From assembly GCA_044229975.1 (NCBI GenBank), contig JBGARZ010000002.1, positions 576,001 through 640,000 on the forward strand: a stretch of 64,000 bases of DNA, in the 5' to 3' direction. Shown here in pieces: positions 57,980-64,000 of this stretch. Each line of letters begins with the position of its first letter. Positions within the stretch are counted from its first letter, which is position 1. The notes under the pieces are model-generated. The model had not been told where the DNA came from, did not search any database, and saw only the letters and a program-made list of their open reading frames with translations. Source of the DNA: Polyangiales bacterium (lineage in GTDB: Bacteria > Myxococcota_A > Polyangia > Polyangiales > Ga0077539). A program made the position numbers and the translations under genes.

Positions 57980-59247
57980 CTACGAGCGCGGCGTCGGCGC
58001 AGGCAGCAGCAACCCCGTCGCCCCCGCGAGCACCCCCAGCACCGCGATCACACGGAACACCGTGCCCATCTCCGACGCGAGGTGCACGCCCGCGCGGTGC
58101 AACACCACCGGGTCGACGCCGACGCCGTGGTCGGGCCCGAGCATCCGTCGCAGCAGCGCCTCCGGGACGTCGCCCGCCACGCGCGCCGCGAGCAACGCAC
58201 CGAGCGCGCCCACCGCCGCCGCCCCACCGATGGAGCGGAAGAACATCGTGCTCGCCGTCGCCACGCCGCGCGCCGCGAAGCCCGCCCGCTCCTGCACCGA
58301 CACCAGCAGCGCCGTGTTGGCGAAGCCCATGCCCGCGCCGAAGACCAGCATCGTCGCCCGCATCGCCGACGTCCCTGCGCCGGTCGCGAGCAGTCGCCAG
58401 AGCACGACCGTCGAGAGGCCGACCGTGATGAGCCCGCCGCGCACCAGCACGCGGTAGCTCACGCGCGAGAGCAGGCGACCGGCGACGGCGCTGGCGACGG
58501 GCCACCCGATGAGCATCGGAGCGACGGCGGCGCCTGCTTCGGTGGGCGTTCCGCGCAGCACCGATTGCACGTAGAGCGGGAGGTAGGTGAGCGAGGCGAT
58601 CATCACGGCGCCCATGAGCGCGCCGGCGGCGCTCGCGACGACCATGAGCCGGTCGCGCAGGAGCGAGAACGACGCCGCGGCCTCCTTCACGCGACGCTCT
58701 CCCTCGCGGTAGTACGCGACGAGCAGCGCCGCCGACAGCAGCCCGAACGGAACGTTGATGTAGAAGACCCACCGCCACCCGAGGGCGCGGACGATGAGCC
58801 CGCCGAGCAGCGGGCCGGAGATGCCCGCGAAGCCCCACACGGCGCCGAAGAGCCCCTGGATGCGACCGCGCTCTTCGACGGTGAAGAGGTCGCCGATGAT
58901 GGTGAGCGCCACCGGCTGCAACGCCCCCGCGCCGACCCCCTGCACCGCGCGAAATACGATGAGCTGCCACATGCTCCCCGCCGCGCCGGAGAGCACCGAG
59001 CCCACGAGGAAGAACGCCAGCCCGGCGAGCATCACCGGCCTCCGCCCGCGCACGTCGGCGAGCTTGCCCCACACGGGGATCGTGAAGGTGCTCGCCAGCA
59101 TGTAGATGGCCGTGACCCACCCGTAGAGCTCGATGCCGTGGAGGTCGGCCACCACCGTCGGCATGGCCGTCGCGATGACCGTCGCCTCCATCGCCGACAT
59201 GAACATCGACAACAGCACCGCCGCCACCACCGGCGCGCGTCGCACGC

Positions 59248-59251
<4 letters not shown>
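57980..59251 (-). CDS. MFS drug:H+ antiporter (DHA2-like), internally shortened
   Basis: MSAMEATVIATAMP, GKLADVRGRR, RAVQGVG and WRWVFYINVPFG motifs; GTG start overlaps the ABC-F stop. Confidence 0.85.
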
Positions 59252-61212
<1,961 letters not shown>

Positions 61213-61275
61213 GGCGGCACCCTTCGCACAGTCTCCGGGCGGGCGCGACCCGATATCGAAGCCGTGGGCGGGACG

Positions 61276-61785
61276 TCAGCGAGCGGCGACGTCGGCGCCG
61301 CGAGGGCGGACGGAGACGATGGTTCCTTCGACGGTGTCGGTGCCGAGGTGGGCGGCCGCGAGCACGGTGCGGAAGGCGCCGAGCACGGTGACCTCGCGCA
61401 GGCTCAGGGTGACCGTGCGCGCCGGGACGTCGTCGGAGAACACCACGTTGAAGCCGCCCATCTCCGCGAAGAGCCGCAGCGTGTCGGCGACGGGCGCCTC
61501 GCGGAGGTTCATCGCGTGGATGCGTCGCCGGCCGCGCGCGCCCATGGCCTCGGCGAGCGGGTCGCGCTCCACCTCCGGCGGGATGCGCACCGTCCCGCGC
61601 TGCCACGAGTCGGCGAAGAGCGTTCGCGTCGGCGCGGCTTCGGTCGCAGTCGCGGGATCAGCCGCGGGTTCGATCCAGCGCGGGAGCGCGGCGATGGAGG
61701 GCTCGGCGCACGACGCCACGGGGCGCGTGGTGGCGCAGGCGGTGGACAGGACGCACGCGGCGACGAGGCATGACAGTGGGCGCAT
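61276..61785 (-). CDS. standalone secretin N0/STN-domain exported protein
   Basis: MNLREAPVADTLRLFAEMGGFNVVFSDDV...VTLSLREV is PilQ N0-like; lipoprotein-like N-terminus. Confidence 0.7.
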   Translation of the reverse strand: MRPLSCLVAACVLSTACATTRPVASCAEPSIAALPRWIEPAADPATATEAAPTRTLFADSWQRGTVRIPPEVERDPLAEAMGARGRRRIHAMNLREAPVADTLRLFAEMGGFNVVFSDDVPARTVTLSLREVTVLGAFRTVLAAAHLGTDTVEGTIVSVRPRGADVAAR

Positions 61786-61855
61786 CGGGTTGAACCTCCG
61801 TGGGACGTGGACGACGCCCGATGATGCCAGCGAAGGCGGTGCGTCGGACAGTGGG

Positions 61856-63466
61856 TCAGCCCGGCGGAACCGGCGCGTCGAGCACCTCGCGCACCTTGGA
61901 GAGCAGGGCGCCCGGCGTCAGCGGCTTGGACAGAAACTGCGCCCCGGCCTCGGCGAGCCCCGGCGGAACCACCGATCCATCGGTGTACCCCGACATGAAC
62001 ACCACCCGCAGCCCCGGCCGGAGCGGGACGATGCGCGCCGCGAGCTGCCGCCCACCCATCCGCGGCATCACCACGTCGGTGAGCAGCAGGTGGATCTTCG
62101 CCGGGTACTGCTCGCACACGAGGAAGGCCTCGCCGCCGTTTTGCGCTTCGAGCACGTTGTAGCCCTGGCGTCGCAGCACCGTGCGGGCGACGGCGCGCAC
62201 CTGTTCGTCGTCGTCGACCAGGAGGATCGTCTCGCTCCCGCGGGCCCCTGCAATCGCGGGCGACCGCGGCGGCGCGGGGTCGGCGGGGCGATCGGCGCAC
62301 GGCAGGTAGATGCTGATCGAGGTGCCCTGCCGCGGCTCGCTCGTGACGGTGATGTGCCCGCCGCTCTGATGCACGACGCCGAAGACCACCGCGAGGCCGA
62401 GGCCGGTGCTGCGTCCGATGGGCTTGGTCGTGAAGAAGGGCTCGAAGATGCGGGCCTTCGTCTCGGCGTCCATCCCCACGCCGGTGTCGGTCACGGTGAG
62501 CATCACGTAGGAGCCGGGCGCGACGCCGAGGTGCTCCGCCGCGTACGCCTCGTCGAGGGTGACGTTGGTGGTCTCGACCGAGAGCTTGCCCCCGTGGGGC
62601 ATGGAGTCGCGCGCGTTGAGCACGACGTTGAGCAGCACCTGTTCGAGCTGACCCTGGTCGGCGAAGACGTGTCCGACCGAGCGACCCGCGATGAGCGACA
62701 GCTCGATGCCGTCGCCCAGCACGCGGCGGAGCATGCGCTCCATCCCGAGCACCGCGTGGCTGACGTCGACGGCGCGCTGCTGCACCGACTGCCGCTGGCT
62801 GAAGGTGAGGAGCTGCCGCGTGAGCTCGGCGCCGCGCTCGCTCGCCTTGCGCACCTCCAGGAGGTCGGAGTGGATGGAGTCGCCCGGCGTGGTCGTCTCC
62901 ACCAGCAGGCTCGTGTAGCCGATGATCACCGAAAGGAGGTTGTTGAAGTCGTGCGCGATGCCGCTCGCGAGGAGCCCGATGGCCTCCATCTTCTGCGCGT
63001 GGCGCGACTGGTCTTCGAGCCTTCGCTGCGACTCCATGGCGACGCGCCGCTCGGTGACGTCGCGCAGGCTGCCCACGATGGCGCCCACCGCCGGGTCGTC
63101 GAGGAGGTTGGTGCCCGTCGCGCTCACCCAGCGCGCGAGGCCGTCCTTGTGCATCGCGCGCGCCTCGATGCGCACGGCCGCGCCAGGCCGAGCCCGCACC
63201 ATGGCCATCGCCTCGGCGACGCTCGCCCGATCGTCGGGGTGGACCCACGACATGAAGCTCTGCCCGACCATCTCCTCGGCCGTGTAGCCCAGGAGCTCGA
63301 ACACCGACGGGCTCAGGTAGAGCACCAGCCCCTCGCGCGACGTCAACGCCGTGACATCCGTCGCGCGCTCGACCACCGCGCGAAAGCGAGCGTCGTTGCG
63401 CGCCTCCATCGCGGCGAGCCGCAGACGTAGCGAGTCCACCTCGCGCTGTAGCTCCGCCTCGCCCAT
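61856..63466 (-). CDS. PAS-domain hybrid sensor histidine kinase/response regulator
   Basis: PAS (VHPDD), IAHDFNN H-box, NARD, DTGVGM, FEPFFTTK and GLGL; REC domain LLVDD...TDVVMP...KP. Confidence 0.95.
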   Translation of the reverse strand: MGEAELQREVDSLRLRLAAMEARNDARFRAVVERATDVTALTSREGLVLYLSPSVFELLGYTAEEMVGQSFMSWVHPDDRASVAEAMAMVRARPGAAVRIEARAMHKDGLARWVSATGTNLLDDPAVGAIVGSLRDVTERRVAMESQRRLEDQSRHAQKMEAIGLLASGIAHDFNNLLSVIIGYTSLLVETTTPGDSIHSDLLEVRKASERGAELTRQLLTFSQRQSVQQRAVDVSHAVLGMERMLRRVLGDGIELSLIAGRSVGHVFADQGQLEQVLLNVVLNARDSMPHGGKLSVETTNVTLDEAYAAEHLGVAPGSYVMLTVTDTGVGMDAETKARIFEPFFTTKPIGRSTGLGLAVVFGVVHQSGGHITVTSEPRQGTSISIYLPCADRPADPAPPRSPAIAGARGSETILLVDDDEQVRAVARTVLRRQGYNVLEAQNGGEAFLVCEQYPAKIHLLLTDVVMPRMGGRQLAARIVPLRPGLRVVFMSGYTDGSVVPPGLAEAGAQFLSKPLTPGALLSKVREVLDAPVPPG

Positions 63467-63582
63467 CGCTCCGACGCACTCTACTCCACCTCCGCCTCCG
63501 CTGGGGAGGCTCATCGCGCGGTCGGTGGTGTGGACCCGTCGCCCTACCCTCGTCGGATGCGTTCGTGAAAACATCGGTCTTC

Positions 63583-64000
63583 ATGTTGAGCCGCCACGCC
63601 CTCCTCGCGCTGCCCGCCCTCGCCCTCGTCGCCTGTAGCGAGCCCGCCCCCGCCGACACGCCCGACGCGGCCGCCGACGTGACCGCAGCCGACGACCGCG
63701 GCTCCCCCATCGACACTCCGCCGGTCATCGATCGCCCCGCCGCGCTCGATGCGTTCGACGCCAACGTCACTCCAGACGTCGCGCCCGACACGGGCCCCGC
63801 GCGCTGCGCGTCGGACGGCGATTGTGTCGGCAACGCCGGCGGCCCCGCGTGCGACGCCACCTCGGGCCGCTGCGTGGCGTGCACCGCGACGTCCGACCGC
63901 TGCGCCGCCGGTCAGTACTGCGTCGCCGCCACCAACACCTGCGCCGCGGGCTGTCGCGACGACGCCGCGTGCAGCGCGGGCGCCGACGGCGGCGCGGCCT
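63583..64000 (+). CDS. Cys-rich lipoprotein, partial (runs off the right edge)
   Basis: Hand translation: MLSRHALLALPALALVAC, an acidic stalk, then CASDGDC...CDATSGRCVAC...; no stop in the window. Confidence 0.75.
   Translation, partial: MLSRHALLALPALALVACSEPAPADTPDAAADVTAADDRGSPIDTPPVIDRPAALDAFDANVTPDVAPDTGPARCASDGDCVGNAGGPACDATSGRCVACTATSDRCAAGQYCVAATNTCAAGCRDDAACSAGADGGAA

Overview
A very GC-rich, densely coding 64 kb chromosomal segment, most likely from a myxobacterium (Myxococcota, probably Polyangia). This assignment is inferred from MYXO-CTERM-type tails, many Cys-rich lipoproteins with Asp-Ala-Gly stalks and a CglF/GltF-like small protein. About 50 CDS are supported. I found no rRNA, tRNA, CRISPR array, transposase or integrase. 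Housekeeping genes (valS, queG, proA, proB, rnhA, a TruB-family enzyme, biotin carboxylase, ABC-F, SWIM-SNF2 helicase, an M16 peptidase pair) are interspersed with many exported proteins: two tandem 1218-aa S8/FG-GAP/MYXO-CTERM proteases, and PSI-repeat, VWA, LamG, RCC1, amidohydrolase-LTD and OmpA proteins. The best candidate for an undescribed system is the tightly coupled minus-strand operon at <1-4629. It encodes three unknown proteins, a CrtC/AttH-like enzyme, an SCP2 lipid carrier and an HpnE/CrtI-like flavoprotein with a ~200-aa insertion, and looks like an uncharacterised isoprenoid/lipid-modification pathway running off the left edge. Other points of interest: the S8 paralog pair with a non-canonical oxyanion motif, a degenerate pseudo-histidine kinase coupled to queG, an EF-hand 5'-nucleotidase coupled to a P450, a split proBA, an internally deleted DHA2 MFS, probable leaderless promoters, and strong lysine depletion in exported proteins. 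All family calls come from motif recognition by eye, not database searches. Several start codons were re-picked from the ORF track.
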